From NCBI GenBank assembly GCA_015063985.1, contig SVTC01000011.1, positions 6,613 to 70,612 on the forward strand: a stretch of DNA of 64,000 nucleotides. The letters are read 5' to 3'. The notes under the pieces are model-generated. The model did no database searches, was not told where the DNA came from, and was given only the letters and a program-made list of their open reading frames with translations. The position numbers were made by a program, and so were the translations under genes. Shown one piece after another: positions 1-10,300 of the stretch (its first letter is position 1; the number at the start of each line of letters is the position of its first letter). This stretch comes from Oscillospiraceae bacterium. Lineage in GTDB: Bacteria > Bacillota > Clostridia > Oscillospirales > SIG627.

Positions 1-936
1 TACTCTCTGCTTACCATCGCAATGATCATTATGATCACTCTTATGAAGTTCGACTTCGGTCCCATGAAAAAGCATGAGAAGAATGCAGTTGAAAAGGGCG
101 ATCTTTACACCACTGCAGAGCGTCCCTACGGCGAAGAGGTCGCTCAGACTGAGGTCAAAGGCAAGGGTAAGGTCATCGATCTGCTCTTCCCCGTTATCGT
201 TCTTATCGCTTGCTGCGTATTCGGTATGATCTACAACGGCTTTACCGCAGGCGGTGCTGAGGACATTATCAACGCCTTCGCAAACTGCGATGCTACCTTC
301 GCACTTCCCTGGGGCTCCCTTATTGCACTTGTTATTATTATCATCTATTATCTCATCCGCAGAGTCATCAGCTTCAAGGAGATCATGGGATCCCTGCCCG
401 AGGGCTTCAAGACCATGGTTCCCGCTATTCTGATCCTGACCTTCGCTTGGACACTGTGCAGCATGACCGGACTTCTCGGTGCAAAGTACTTCGTTTACAA
501 CCTTATCAGCGGCGGTGCGGCTGCACTTCAGATGATGCTTCCCGCTATCATCTTCCTTATCGCCATCGGTCTCAGCTTTGCTACCGGTACCAGCTGGGGA
601 ACCTTCGGTATACTTATCCCCATCGTTACCGCTGCAGGCTTTGAAGGCGAGCTTCTCGTCATTGCCGTTTCCGCTTGTCTTGCAGGCGCAGTATGCGGCG
701 ACCACTGCTCTCCCATCTCCGATACCACCATTATGGCATCCACCGGCGCAAAGAGCGAGCATCTCAACCACGTTACCACCCAGCTTCCTTATGCACTGCT
801 GGTTGCAGGCGTATCCTTCGTAGGATATATCCTTGCAGGTATCATCAAGAACTGGCTCATCGTTCTCCCCGTTATGATAGTTCTTCTCTTCGCGGTTCTT
901 TTCGTACTGAAAAAGCTTTCAAAGGATAAAGAATGA
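1..936 (+). CDS. NhaC-family Na+/H+ antiporter, C-terminal part (5' end lies left of the window)
   Basis: The frame is open from base 1, before the first ATG at 22. The sequence is polytopic and hydrophobic, with the NhaC-type motif CSPISDTTIMAS...HVTTQLPYAL. A hairpin terminator follows. Confidence 0.7.
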   Translation, partial: YSLLTIAMIIMITLMKFDFGPMKKHEKNAVEKGDLYTTAERPYGEEVAQTEVKGKGKVIDLLFPVIVLIACCVFGMIYNGFTAGGAEDIINAFANCDATFALPWGSLIALVIIIIYYLIRRVISFKEIMGSLPEGFKTMVPAILILTFAWTLCSMTGLLGAKYFVYNLISGGAAALQMMLPAIIFLIAIGLSFATGTSWGTFGILIPIVTAAGFEGELLVIAVSACLAGAVCGDHCSPISDTTIMASTGAKSEHLNHVTTQLPYALLVAGVSFVGYILAGIIKNWLIVLPVMIVLLFAVLFVLKKLSKDKE

Positions 937-948
937 TCCGAAATTCCA

Positions 949-979
949 CCCGAAGCGCAAAAGCGCTTCGGGTTTTTTT
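949..979 (+). terminator. Rho-independent terminator after the antiporter gene
   Basis: The 10-bp stem cccgaagcgc/gcgcttcggg has an aaaa loop and is followed by T7. Confidence 0.75.
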
Positions 980-1070
980 ATTTCTTGACAAAGAATAGCC
1001 GCGATAGTATAATAAAAATGCCGAAGTCTTTTTCTTTGGCGCCATCAGAAAAAATCTTTGGGAGACCGAT

Positions 1071-2018
1071 ATGAAAATAACCGTTTTGGACGCATCCACC
1101 CTCGGAGACGATCTTGATCTTGGTTGCTTTGAAGAATTCGGAGAAGTCACCGTCAGACACACCACCCCTCCCGAGCTTGTGGAAGAGGCACTTTGGGACA
1201 GCGACGTTGCAGTTTTAAACAAGGTCAAGCTGGGGGAAACCAATCTGAAAAACCTAAAAAAGCTCAAGCTCGTATGCGTTGCCGCAACGGGATTTGATAA
1301 TATCGATACCGCCTATCTGAAAAAAAGAGGCATTGCCCTTTATAACGTACCGGGATATTGCACCGCGGGTGTGGTGCAGGTCACGGTGGCGATGGCGCTG
1401 AGCCTGGTCACCAAGCTTGAAAGCTACCGCGACTACGTCCACAGCGGAAGGTATTCCGCAGGAGGAGTGGCAAATAAGGTCAGCCCTTATTATCGCGAGA
1501 TCGGCTCACTTACCTGGGGCGTGGTCGGCGGCGGAGCTATCGGCAGGGGCGTGGCAACGGCAGCGAAGGCTCTGGGCGCAAGAGTCCTGATGTGCCGCAG
1601 AAAGCCCGAAAGAGAGTTTGAATCCTGCGATATCGATACCCTCTGCAAAAAGAGCGATATAATCTCTCTTCACGTTCCTCTTAACGGGGAAACGGAAAAT
1701 ATGATAAACACCAAAAGAATAGCCTCTATGAAAAACGGCGCAGTGCTTGTTAACGTCAGCCGCGGCAAGGTCTGTGACGAGCTGGCTCTTACCGAGGCAG
1801 TGCTTTCGGGAAAGCTGGGCGGTCTTGGTATGGACGTTTATTCCGCAGAGCCTATGTCCAAGGATCACCCCTATAACCGCATAGTCCATCTGGACAACGT
1901 TTGTCTGACCCCGCATATGGCTTGGGGAGCTGTGGAAGCCCGCAAAAGATGCATACGCATCATCTGCGATAATATACGCTCCTTTATGGCAGAAAAGGGT
2001 CCAAACAGAGTAGTTTAA
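1071..2018 (+). CDS. D-isomer-specific 2-hydroxyacid dehydrogenase (glycerate dehydrogenase-like)
   Basis: It has the NAD-binding motif GVVGGGAIGRGVA and the downstream motifs HVPLNGETENMIN, RGKVCDE and LTPHMAW typical of the family. A ribosome binding site (ggagaccgat) precedes the ATG. Confidence 0.8.
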   Translation: MKITVLDASTLGDDLDLGCFEEFGEVTVRHTTPPELVEEALWDSDVAVLNKVKLGETNLKNLKKLKLVCVAATGFDNIDTAYLKKRGIALYNVPGYCTAGVVQVTVAMALSLVTKLESYRDYVHSGRYSAGGVANKVSPYYREIGSLTWGVVGGGAIGRGVATAAKALGARVLMCRRKPEREFESCDIDTLCKKSDIISLHVPLNGETENMINTKRIASMKNGAVLVNVSRGKVCDELALTEAVLSGKLGGLGMDVYSAEPMSKDHPYNRIVHLDNVCLTPHMAWGAVEARKRCIRIICDNIRSFMAEKGPNRVV

Positions 2019-2040
2019 CAAGTTTTTTATCGTAAACATA

Positions 2041-2069
2041 TTGACTAAAAAGAAAAAAAGTAATATAAT
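2041..2069 (+). promoter_or_regulatory. SigA-type promoter for serC-serA
   Basis: TTGACT (2041-2046), an exactly 17-nt spacer, then TATAAT (2064-2069), about 75 nt upstream of the serC ATG. Confidence 0.6.
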
Positions 2070-2143
2070 TATATAATGATAGAAAATTTTTAACTGAAGA
2101 TAGCTTCAGCTGTGGGATTACACCCAAGGAAAGGAATATAAAA

Positions 2144-3223
2144 ATGGCAAGAGTATTTAACTTCTCGGCAGGTCCCTCCTCTCTGCCTTTGGAAGTACTC
2201 GAAAAGGCAGGAAGCGAAATAACCGATTGCAACTCAAGCGGCATGAGCGTAATGGAGATGAGCCATCGCAGCAAGCCCTTTGAAAAGATAATCGGAGAAT
2301 GCGAAGAGACCTTCCGCAGACTTATGAACATACCCGAAAACTACAAGGTCCTGTTTTTGCAGGGCGGTGCCTCCACTCAGTTTGCCGCAGTTCCCCTTAA
2401 TTTGATGAGAACGGGCAAGGCTGATTACATCGTATCCGGCCAGTTCTCCGGAAAGGCCCAGAAGGAAGCTGCAAAATACGGAGATGCAAGGATCGTAGCC
2501 AGCAGCAAGGAAGCAAACTTTACGTACGTTCCCAGAGTAGAGCGCGATGAATTCAGAAAAGACGCGGACTACGTTCACATCTGCTTTAACAACACCATTT
2601 ACGGAACCAAGTTCGACTATATTCCCGACACCGGAGACGTTCCCCTGGTTGCGGATATGTCCAGCTGCATCATTTCCGAGCCCGTAGACGTAACCAAGTT
2701 CGGCTTGATCTACGCGGGCGCTCAGAAGAATATGGGCCCCTCGGGTCTTACCGTCGTGATCGTAAGAGAGGATCTTATCGGCTACGCCAACCCCATCACC
2801 CCCACTATGCTGGATTACAAGGTGATGGCAGAAAACGGCAGTATGTACAACACTCCCCCCTGCTACTCCATCTACATCGCAGGTCTTGTCTACAAGTGGG
2901 TAGAAGGCCTCGGCGGACTTGAGGCAATGGCAGAGCTTAACAAGAAGAAGGCGGCAGTGCTTTACGATTATCTGGATTCCTCCAAGCTCTTCAAGCCCAC
3001 CGCAAAGAAGGAAAACCGTTCAATGATGAACGTTTGCTTCGTTACCGGAAACGAGGATCTTGACAAGGAATTCTGTGCTCAGGCAAGTGCAAACGGTCTT
3101 ATGAACGTAAAGGGCCACCGCTCCGTCGGCGGTATGAGAGCGTCCATCTACAACGCTATGCCTATGGAGGGCGTTGAGAAGCTGGTTGCATTTATGAAGG
3201 ATTTTGAAAAGAACAACGTATAA
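2144..3223 (+). CDS. serC: Phosphoserine aminotransferase
   Basis: The N-terminus FNFSAGPSSLPLEVLE and a 359-aa class-V aminotransferase layout fit SerC. It sits directly upstream of serA. Confidence 0.9.
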   Translation: MARVFNFSAGPSSLPLEVLEKAGSEITDCNSSGMSVMEMSHRSKPFEKIIGECEETFRRLMNIPENYKVLFLQGGASTQFAAVPLNLMRTGKADYIVSGQFSGKAQKEAAKYGDARIVASSKEANFTYVPRVERDEFRKDADYVHICFNNTIYGTKFDYIPDTGDVPLVADMSSCIISEPVDVTKFGLIYAGAQKNMGPSGLTVVIVREDLIGYANPITPTMLDYKVMAENGSMYNTPPCYSIYIAGLVYKWVEGLGGLEAMAELNKKKAAVLYDYLDSSKLFKPTAKKENRSMMNVCFVTGNEDLDKEFCAQASANGLMNVKGHRSVGGMRASIYNAMPMEGVEKLVAFMKDFEKNNV

Positions 3224-3235
3224 GAAGGAACGGCA

Positions 3236-4366
3236 ATGAAAAACATAAAGCTTTTTAACAAGATCGCCGCTTGCGGCCTTAACAGATTGGGTGATGATTA
3301 CAACGCCAAGGAGGAGCTCAAATCCTACGAGGGCATTCTTGTAAGAAGCGCTCAGCTTATCGAAGAAAAATTTCCCTCCGAGCTTCTTGCCATCGCAAGA
3401 GCGGGTGCAGGCGTAAACAACATTCCCGTTGACCGTTGCACCGAAGAAGGAATCTGTGTTTTCAACACTCCCGGCGCAAACGCCAACGGAGTTAAGGAGC
3501 TTGCGGTACTCTGCCTGCTTCTGGCATCCAGAGACGTTGTGGGCGCTATAGATTGGGCAAAGACCCTTGAGGGCAATGCCGACGCGGCAAAGCTGGTCGA
3601 AAAGGGCAAGAGCGCCTTTGCGGGCTGTGAGATCAAGGGCAAGACCCTTTCCATCATCGGTCTTGGCGCTATCGGCGGAATGCTTGCAAACGCCGCCATT
3701 GCTTTGGGAATGGACGTTATCGGCTACGATCCCTGGCTCAGCGTTCCCGCCGCACTTAAGCTGGACGCAAGAGTGCAGATCACCGCAGATCTTGACGTGC
3801 TCTTTTCCAAGGCAGATTACCTTTCTATCCACGTTCCCTCCACTCCCGATACAAAGGGTATGATAAACGCCTCCGCCATCGCAAAGATGAAGGACCAAGT
3901 AAAGATCCTCAACCTTGCAAGAGCGGACCTGGTCAACTCTGCAGACGTTGTATCCGCTTTGGAGCAGGGCAAGATAAAGGTATACATCACCGACTTCCCC
4001 AATGCAGACGTCATCGGCAAGAAGGGCGTTATCGCCATTCCCCACCTTGGAGCATCCACCGAGGAGGCAGAGGACAACTGCGCTATTATGGCGGCAGATC
4101 AGCTCAAGGGCTTTATTGAAAACGGCAACGTAGTTAATTCCGTAAACTTCCCCGCTCTGTCCATGGCAAGATGTGCCGCAGAGCGACTGACCGTGCTTTA
4201 TAAGGACGGCACTGACCTTTCTGCATTCACCGCAAAGGCCGTAGCAGCGGTATCCGCTCAGAGAAAGGGCATCGGATATGCAATACTTGATCTTGCTGAC
4301 TCCGCAGATGCACTCAAGAACGAGCTCGAGAAGCTTGACGGCGTTATAAGAGTATTTAGATTTTAA
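3236..4366 (+). CDS. serA: D-3-phosphoglycerate dehydrogenase
   Basis: A 2-hydroxyacid dehydrogenase fold (GLGAIGGMLA NAD motif, HVPSTPDTKGMI) carries a C-terminal regulatory extension. The gene starts 12 nt after serC. Confidence 0.85.
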   Translation: MKNIKLFNKIAACGLNRLGDDYNAKEELKSYEGILVRSAQLIEEKFPSELLAIARAGAGVNNIPVDRCTEEGICVFNTPGANANGVKELAVLCLLLASRDVVGAIDWAKTLEGNADAAKLVEKGKSAFAGCEIKGKTLSIIGLGAIGGMLANAAIALGMDVIGYDPWLSVPAALKLDARVQITADLDVLFSKADYLSIHVPSTPDTKGMINASAIAKMKDQVKILNLARADLVNSADVVSALEQGKIKVYITDFPNADVIGKKGVIAIPHLGASTEEAEDNCAIMAADQLKGFIENGNVVNSVNFPALSMARCAAERLTVLYKDGTDLSAFTAKAVAAVSAQRKGIGYAILDLADSADALKNELEKLDGVIRVFRF

Positions 4367-4427
4367 TTTTTAAGACCATCCCCGACGGCATCACCGTCGG
4401 GGATAGTCAAAAACGGGAGAATATTCT

Positions 4428-4856
4428 ATGGCACTGCTTAGAAGAAAAGAAAGAGAATATGCCTTTATGATGGTATTCGAGGCTTTGTTCCACGAGGGCG
4501 AGGACGTATCCGAGCTTTTCCGGAACATCCTTGAAAACACCGATGACCCCGAGGTCAAGGAAAACGAATACATAAAAACCGTATTCTTCGGCGTAGCGGA
4601 CAAGAAGGAGGAGCTTAACGGCATAATCTCCTCGCTCAGCCCCACAAGAAAGCTTTCAAGGATCTCCAAGGTCAGCCTTGCCCTTCTGCAGCTGGCGCTT
4701 TACGAGATCTACCATATGGAAAGCATCGGAGAAAGCGTTTCCATAAACGAGGCGGTAGAGCTTGCAAAGGTCTACGACGATGACAAGGCCCCCTCCTTTA
4801 TCAACGGATTATTGGGTAACGCCGTCAGAGAGAAAAACGGCGAAGCAAAAAAATGA
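4428..4856 (+). CDS. nusB: Transcription antitermination factor NusB
   Basis: A 142-aa protein with the NusB-like start RRKEREYAFMMVFEALF and the C-terminal motif APSFINGLLG. The nusB-xseA-xseB context is typical of Firmicutes. Confidence 0.85.
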   Translation: MALLRRKEREYAFMMVFEALFHEGEDVSELFRNILENTDDPEVKENEYIKTVFFGVADKKEELNGIISSLSPTRKLSRISKVSLALLQLALYEIYHMESIGESVSINEAVELAKVYDDDKAPSFINGLLGNAVREKNGEAKK

Positions 4857-5800
4857 AGGGCTTTTTGGGCATAGATACCTCCAACTACACCACGTCGGTG
4901 GCATTTTGCAGTGACGACGGTGAGCTTTTTTCCAAAAGAAAGCTTTTGGAGGTAAAGGAAGGCGCCTGCGGTATACGTCAGAGCGACGCAGTCTTCATCC
5001 ATACCAAGACCCTGCCTGCGCTGTCGCGGGAGCTCTTTTCCTCCATCGATTCCCCCAAGATCGAAGCCGTCGGTGTGTCGGGCTTTCCCAGACGTGCCTC
5101 CGGCTCATATATGCCCTGCTTTTTGGCGGGTGTGTCAGTCGCCGCCTCAACGGCGGCTTTTTTGAAGGTTCCTCTTTATGTTTTCAGCCATCAGGAGGGT
5201 CACCTGGCGGCTGCGGCAAAGGGAAGCGGAATGGAGCTTGAGGGCGATTTTTTGGCATTCCATCTTTCGGGCGGAACCCTCGAGCTTTTAGAGGTAAAGG
5301 GAAAAAGCCTGGAGGAAAAGCTTTTAGCCTGCTCTGCCGATATAACCACCGGCCAGCTTATAGACCGCTGCGGAGTAAAGATGGGACTGAAATTCCCTTG
5401 CGGAGCCGAGCTTGAAGAGCTTGCAATAAAGTCCACCGCAAAATTCAAGGTAAATATCCCCTTCAGAGACTCCAAGGTCTCCATCGCAGGGCTTGAAAAC
5501 AGCTTTGACAAGCTTCTGAAATCGGGCGCACCTTACGAGGATTGCGCAGCCTTCGTGTTTGAATGCGTTATTTCCACCGTTGAAAAAATGATATCGGGCA
5601 GGGAGCAAGAAAAAATACTCTTTATGGGCGGAGTCAGCTCATCAAGGCTTATGAAGAGCAGACTTTTCCGGGACTCAAATCGCTTTTTTGCCTCGGGAGA
5701 GTATTCCTGCGACAACGCCATGGGTATAGCGCTTTTGGCAAGAAACGCCTTTCTCTCCGAAAAAGACGGCGACGGTCTTGATTTTATTATAAAGCATTAG
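4853..5800 (+). CDS. Kae1/TsaD-family (M22 glycoprotease-like, ASKHA fold) protein
   Basis: It has GIDTSNYTTSVAF at the N-terminus, an HQEGHL motif and a glycine-rich FMGGVSSS segment. Its start overlaps the nusB stop in an ATGA arrangement. Confidence 0.55.
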   Translation: MKGFLGIDTSNYTTSVAFCSDDGELFSKRKLLEVKEGACGIRQSDAVFIHTKTLPALSRELFSSIDSPKIEAVGVSGFPRRASGSYMPCFLAGVSVAASTAAFLKVPLYVFSHQEGHLAAAAKGSGMELEGDFLAFHLSGGTLELLEVKGKSLEEKLLACSADITTGQLIDRCGVKMGLKFPCGAELEELAIKSTAKFKVNIPFRDSKVSIAGLENSFDKLLKSGAPYEDCAAFVFECVISTVEKMISGREQEKILFMGGVSSSRLMKSRLFRDSNRFFASGEYSCDNAMGIALLARNAFLSEKDGDGLDFIIKH

Positions 5801-5809
5801 GTTTAAACT

Positions 5810-7033
5810 ATGGCAGAAAAGATTATTTTCAGCGTAACACAGATAAACGAATATATTAAGGACCTTCTGGAAAAGGACGAGCTTTTATATACCGTGAGCA
5901 TACGCGGTGAGATATCCAATTTCACCAATCACTATAAAACAGGCCACTTTTACTTCTCACTAAAGGATGAAGGCGGCGTTATAAGAGCCGTGATGTTCAA
6001 GGGATACGCCTCAAAGCTGCAGTTCGTCCCCGAAAACGGTATGAAGGTGGTCCTTACGGGAAAGGTCAGCTCCTACGTCAAGGACGGCTCATATCAGGTC
6101 TACGCCTTTACAATGGAGCCCGACGGCATCGGAAGCCTTTATCTTGCCTTTGAGCAGCTCAAGAAAAAACTTGAGGCCAAGGGCTATTTCTCCCCCCAAT
6201 ACAAAAAGCCCATACCGAGATATCCCTCGGTGGTGGGCATAGTCACAAGCCCCACGGGTGCGGCAATACGGGATATGATAAACGTATCCACCCGCCGCTT
6301 CCCCTTGGCAAAGCTGGTGCTTTTTCCCTGCCTCGTTCAGGGTGACGGCGCACCGCCTCAGATCGCCTCGGGAATTAAATTTTTCAACGAGCGCTACCCC
6401 GTGGACGTTATAATAATAGGAAGAGGCGGCGGCTCTCTGGAGGAGCTGTGGGCATTTAACGATGAAAGACTTGCGGAGGTGATATTCCAAAGCCGCGTGC
6501 CCATTATTTCCGCAGTAGGTCACGAGACCGACTTTTCCATCAGCGACTTTGTCAGCGATCTGCGCGCTCCCACTCCGTCTGCCGCCGCAGAGCTTGCTCT
6601 GCCCGATCAAAACGATCTGAAGCGCCAGCTTGCAAACGTAGGCGCAAGGCTTGTATTGCTTGCCAACAAACGCATAGAAAGCTACGCCCAAAGGCTGGAG
6701 TCACTGAAGAACTCAAGAACGCTCAAGGACCTCAACACCGTGATAGACGACCGCAGAATGGACGTTTTGCGGCTGGAGCAGGCTCTTGACAGCTCTATGG
6801 AAAAGCTCCTGCAAACAAAAGAGCTTCTTTTGAAGATCAACGCGGGAAAGCTGGGCGCCCTTGATCCCCTTAAGATAATGAGCCGAGGCTATGCCGCCGC
6901 CTTCGATGAAGAGGGAAACGTGGTAAGCTCTGTGGAGACCATCAGCGAGGGCGATACACTGAATTTGCAACTAAAGGACGGCAAGGTAATTGCCGACGTT
7001 AAAGAGATCCGAAGGGAGACAAAAAATGCCTGA
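5810..7033 (+). CDS. xseA: Exodeoxyribonuclease VII large subunit
   Basis: An N-terminal OB-fold region (SIRGEISNF...HFYFSLKD), the catalytic-core motifs IIGRGGGSLEELWAFNDE and SAVGHETD, and a coiled-coil tail. Confidence 0.9.
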   Translation: MAEKIIFSVTQINEYIKDLLEKDELLYTVSIRGEISNFTNHYKTGHFYFSLKDEGGVIRAVMFKGYASKLQFVPENGMKVVLTGKVSSYVKDGSYQVYAFTMEPDGIGSLYLAFEQLKKKLEAKGYFSPQYKKPIPRYPSVVGIVTSPTGAAIRDMINVSTRRFPLAKLVLFPCLVQGDGAPPQIASGIKFFNERYPVDVIIIGRGGGSLEELWAFNDERLAEVIFQSRVPIISAVGHETDFSISDFVSDLRAPTPSAAAELALPDQNDLKRQLANVGARLVLLANKRIESYAQRLESLKNSRTLKDLNTVIDDRRMDVLRLEQALDSSMEKLLQTKELLLKINAGKLGALDPLKIMSRGYAAAFDEEGNVVSSVETISEGDTLNLQLKDGKVIADVKEIRRETKNA

Positions 7034-7262
7034 AACAAATCAAAACAATTCCGCAAGCTTTGAAACCAAGCTTCAGCGCCTTGAAGCGGTGGTAAAGGCT
7101 TTGGAGGATTCCTCCACCGCCCTGGACGACAGCCTCAAGCTCTTTGAGGAAGGCGTGGGCCTTGTAAGAGAATGCTCAAAAATGCTGGACGATGCACAGA
7201 AAAAGGTAAAAAGACTTACCCGCAACGAAAACGGCGAAATAGTGGAAGAGGATATGGACTAA
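7026..7262 (+). CDS. xseB: Exodeoxyribonuclease VII small subunit
   Basis: The internal ATG at 7026 (MPETNQ...) overlaps the xseA stop by 8 nt. The motif FETKLQRLEAVVKALE...LFEEGVGL is typical XseB. Confidence 0.85.
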   Translation: MPETNQNNSASFETKLQRLEAVVKALEDSSTALDDSLKLFEEGVGLVRECSKMLDDAQKKVKRLTRNENGEIVEEDMD

Positions 7263-7267
7263 AGAAT

Positions 7268-7304
7268 GATCCCCGACAGCATAAGCTGTCGGGGATTTCA
7301 TTTT
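7268..7304. terminator. Hairpin between convergent xseB and the 1882-aa gene
   Basis: The stem gatccccgacagc/gctgtcggggat has an ataa loop and a T-rich tail on the plus strand. It sits exactly between the two convergent stop codons. Confidence 0.55.
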
Positions 7305-10300
7305 AAAATGCATTAAAGATCAAGGTAATCACTCTCTTTTGCTCGTCGTATACGTAGGAATAACTTCCCTTAAGACGAAGAGTCTTACTGAGATTATAGT
7401 ACTTTATGATCTCTCCTATACGTTTTTTGGTGACCAAAGCTTCAAAGGTATCCTTGAAGACCCCATCGTTTGCAAAGCTGAGCTGAACGTAAAGCTTTGA
7501 CGCGCTTATACGCTTGCAAACGATATCACGGACCGCTTCAAAGGAGAATTCTTCAAAATACAGACCGTTTCTCACAAAATAGTTGCATTTTGTGGCAGTA
7601 CATTTAGGCAAGGGAAGCTCGTCCTCGGGGATGTGGTCGGGCAATGCGGTAATGTACTTATCGGTGACGCAGAACAGTGCGTAGCTTATTCTGTCGGACA
7701 CGTTTTTCTTTTTATCCGTATTTGAATGGTCGCCCCAGGTGGTATCAAGGTGATAGTATTCACCCTCCAGCTTGACTACGTTCCAGGCGTGGGTATCACT
7801 TGTCACGTATACGCAGGAGATTCCCAAAAGGTTCAGCAAATACTGAGTAGCCTTTGCATATCCCGCACAAACTGCTTTTTTATCTGCAAATACTCCCCAG
7901 ATGCTGCGCAGATCGTCGGGCTCTGTGACCTTGTACTCCCGCTTCTCCTGCTTTTCCAAGCTTATGGTATCGTAATCCACCAGCTTAATTATATTCTCAT
8001 AAACTCTGAGCGTGACCTCGTAGTCACTCATGGTGCTGTCAACGGAGCTTAAGAAGGGCTTTATCGCCTTGTCAATAACCGCGTTGCGCTTATCCGCCTC
8101 TTCTCGGGTCATACAGTACTTGAATTCCAGTGCCTTAACAAGGCCCGTGGCGACATTGAGACGAACCGAACAGCCCTGATTGTACCAGAATATCTCGGGA
8201 TGATCGTTGGTAACGTAATGAACGGCTCTGAACACTCTCTCCTTGGGAAGCTCCGCCGGCAAGGGCTCGATACAGGTCTTGAAGCTTGTCAGTGCATCAA
8301 GAATAGCATCGTAAAGCTTTTTTTCAACCTCGTCCAACAGAGAATAGCAGTATCTTTCGGGCTCTCCGGCAATTCTCTTGGCGGGGCCCTTTAAAGAGGA
8401 GGTGTCCTCGATGGGCTCCTTTCTCTTTTTGGGTACGGGCTTGGGCAAGGGTGTGGTTTCGGCAGGCACGGTATAGCTCACGTTACCGCAATACTCCGGC
8501 TCCAAAGGAAGCTTCGGATTCATAAAGGGAGTGGGCTTTGTGATGACCGTTCCCAAGCTGAAGCCGTAATTTGCCTTGTATCTCAAGAAGCCTCTGCCGT
8601 ATTCATCGTTTCTGAAGGCGGTTATCAGCTCTCTTCGCTTTGCCGCTGCGGGCTCGTTTATGAGGTAAGCGTACTGGATCTCCGCCCACTTTGCCATTCC
8701 CTCATATACCTCAAGATAAAGCTTCTTTCCGTAAGTCTTTTTAATCGCCTTATCGTTAAAGTTGAGATATTGCCAGATATGGGTAAGCTCGTGGCATACG
8801 GTGAGAGCCGCCGCCATTCTCGGTGCCGAATTCTCTACCATAAGCGTATAGCCGCTTTTATCCTTTATGGCAACGCCCAGCACTCTGCCGTCCGTCTTGG
8901 GCGACGGGATAAACGCCTTACCCAGCTTTTTGTTAAGCGTGGCGGTGTTTACCGTACTGACCTTAATACCCACGTCAATACGAATGCCGAAAAAGGCCTC
9001 CATATTTCTTTTTACGTCTTCAAAAAGCTGCCTGAACTCGTCAACTGTCTTTATGGCGCTTCTTGAGCAGCACAAGCATCTGTCTCTTCCGTCTCCAAGA
9101 GTCTCGTATTCAACTCCGTAGATCTCGCAGCCGCAGAAATCGCAATAGCGTACGTCGGGCTTTCCGGGTCTGTAGCTTGCTTCCACTGCGGCAGCTATAT
9201 CTCCAGATTCTCTTACCTGTCTGAGGCTTGAGGAATCCATTCCCAAGCGGCAAAGATATTCGAGGGTAGCGGGCGCATCAACGTCCTCCGGCTCGAAGCT
9301 TCCGCCGTACAAGAGGTAATAACGCTTCTCGTAGGGCTTGCGCTTGAACATCTCCTCTTCATCCTCGGAGTCGGACTCTTGCTCTGCCTCAAAAGGCTTC
9401 TCGTTGGGGAGCAAGGGCTCATCGGCGTGAGCTTCCTCGGGCTTCGGCTCCTCGGGCTTTGGCTCCTCGGGCTTTGGCTCCTCGGGCTTAGGTCCCTCAG
9501 GCTCGGGCTCCTCGGGCTTGGGTTCCTCGGGCTTGGGCTCCTCAGGCTTAGGCTCCTCGGGCTTGGGCTCTTCGGGCTTGGGCTCCTCGGGCTTGGGCTC
9601 CTCGGGCTTCGGCTCCTCAGGCTTGGGCTCCTCGGGTTTGGGCTCCTCGGGCTTGGGCTCCTCGGGCTTAGATTTCTTTTTAAAGATCGAAGCAAAGAAT
9701 TCCTTTATCCTCTGCCACAGACTCTTCTTATCCTTCTTATCCTTCTTCTTATCCTTCTTCTTAGTCTTCTTTTTATCTTTTTCTTCCTTTTCGGGCTCTT
9801 CCCCGTCCTCGGGCAGGGGCTCGAATTCTATGGGAGGCAGAGGCTCGGGCTTTGGAGCAAGGCTCTCCTCCAGGGTATCGTTATGCCAGGAAATATAATC
9901 GCAGACGATCTTCATTATCCTCTCCAGATTTCTTTCCACGGCAACGGTCAGACCCAGATCGAGCTGGCTATCCTCGATAAAGTAAATGCAGTTTTTCTTC
10001 AGCTCCTCGGACTCCGACTCCAGCGAGTAGGTAAGTGGATGGTCTTCCTTTCCCTTAACACCGCAAACCGCACTGATATAGTGGGAATTTTCGGCAAAAA
10101 GGGTACGGAACACCTCGTTGAACAACAAGGTCATTGTGTAGCATACCGAATCCGTAAGGCTGCCCGACAGCTCGGGAAGCTCCACGCAAAGCACCTCTTT
10201 GTTTCTGTAAACTCTCTGAGGTATGGGGCTCTCCTCACTGAAGATAACTCTCTTGGCTTTGGCAAAATCGTTGTAGCGATCCATTCTGAAATAACCGGGA

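Noticed and set aside
3020-4045. Antisense ORF of 341 aa opposite serC/serA. Similar shadows occur at 26710-27879, 34757-36109, 37833-39023, 45724-46365, 57449-58393 and 62339-63364.
   Set aside because: Each overlaps a confidently identified gene on the other strand (serA, adhesin, pheT/pheS, recD2, tatD, surface protein, SulP) and shows no motif of its own.
4376-4408. Hairpin atccccgacgg/ccgtcggggat after serA as a terminator
   Set aside because: The stem is good but no U-tract follows on the plus strand, so I did not list it as a terminator. It may still pause or terminate weakly before nusB.
9213-9898. ORFs 9213-9695 (-; SPRSP-rich) and 9518-9898 / 9379-10386 (+; GSSGL- or LGLRL-rich)
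   Set aside because: These are alternative-frame and antisense readings of the 15-bp PEEPK repeat inside the 1882-aa gene. Their length comes from the stop-free repeat, not from independent coding.
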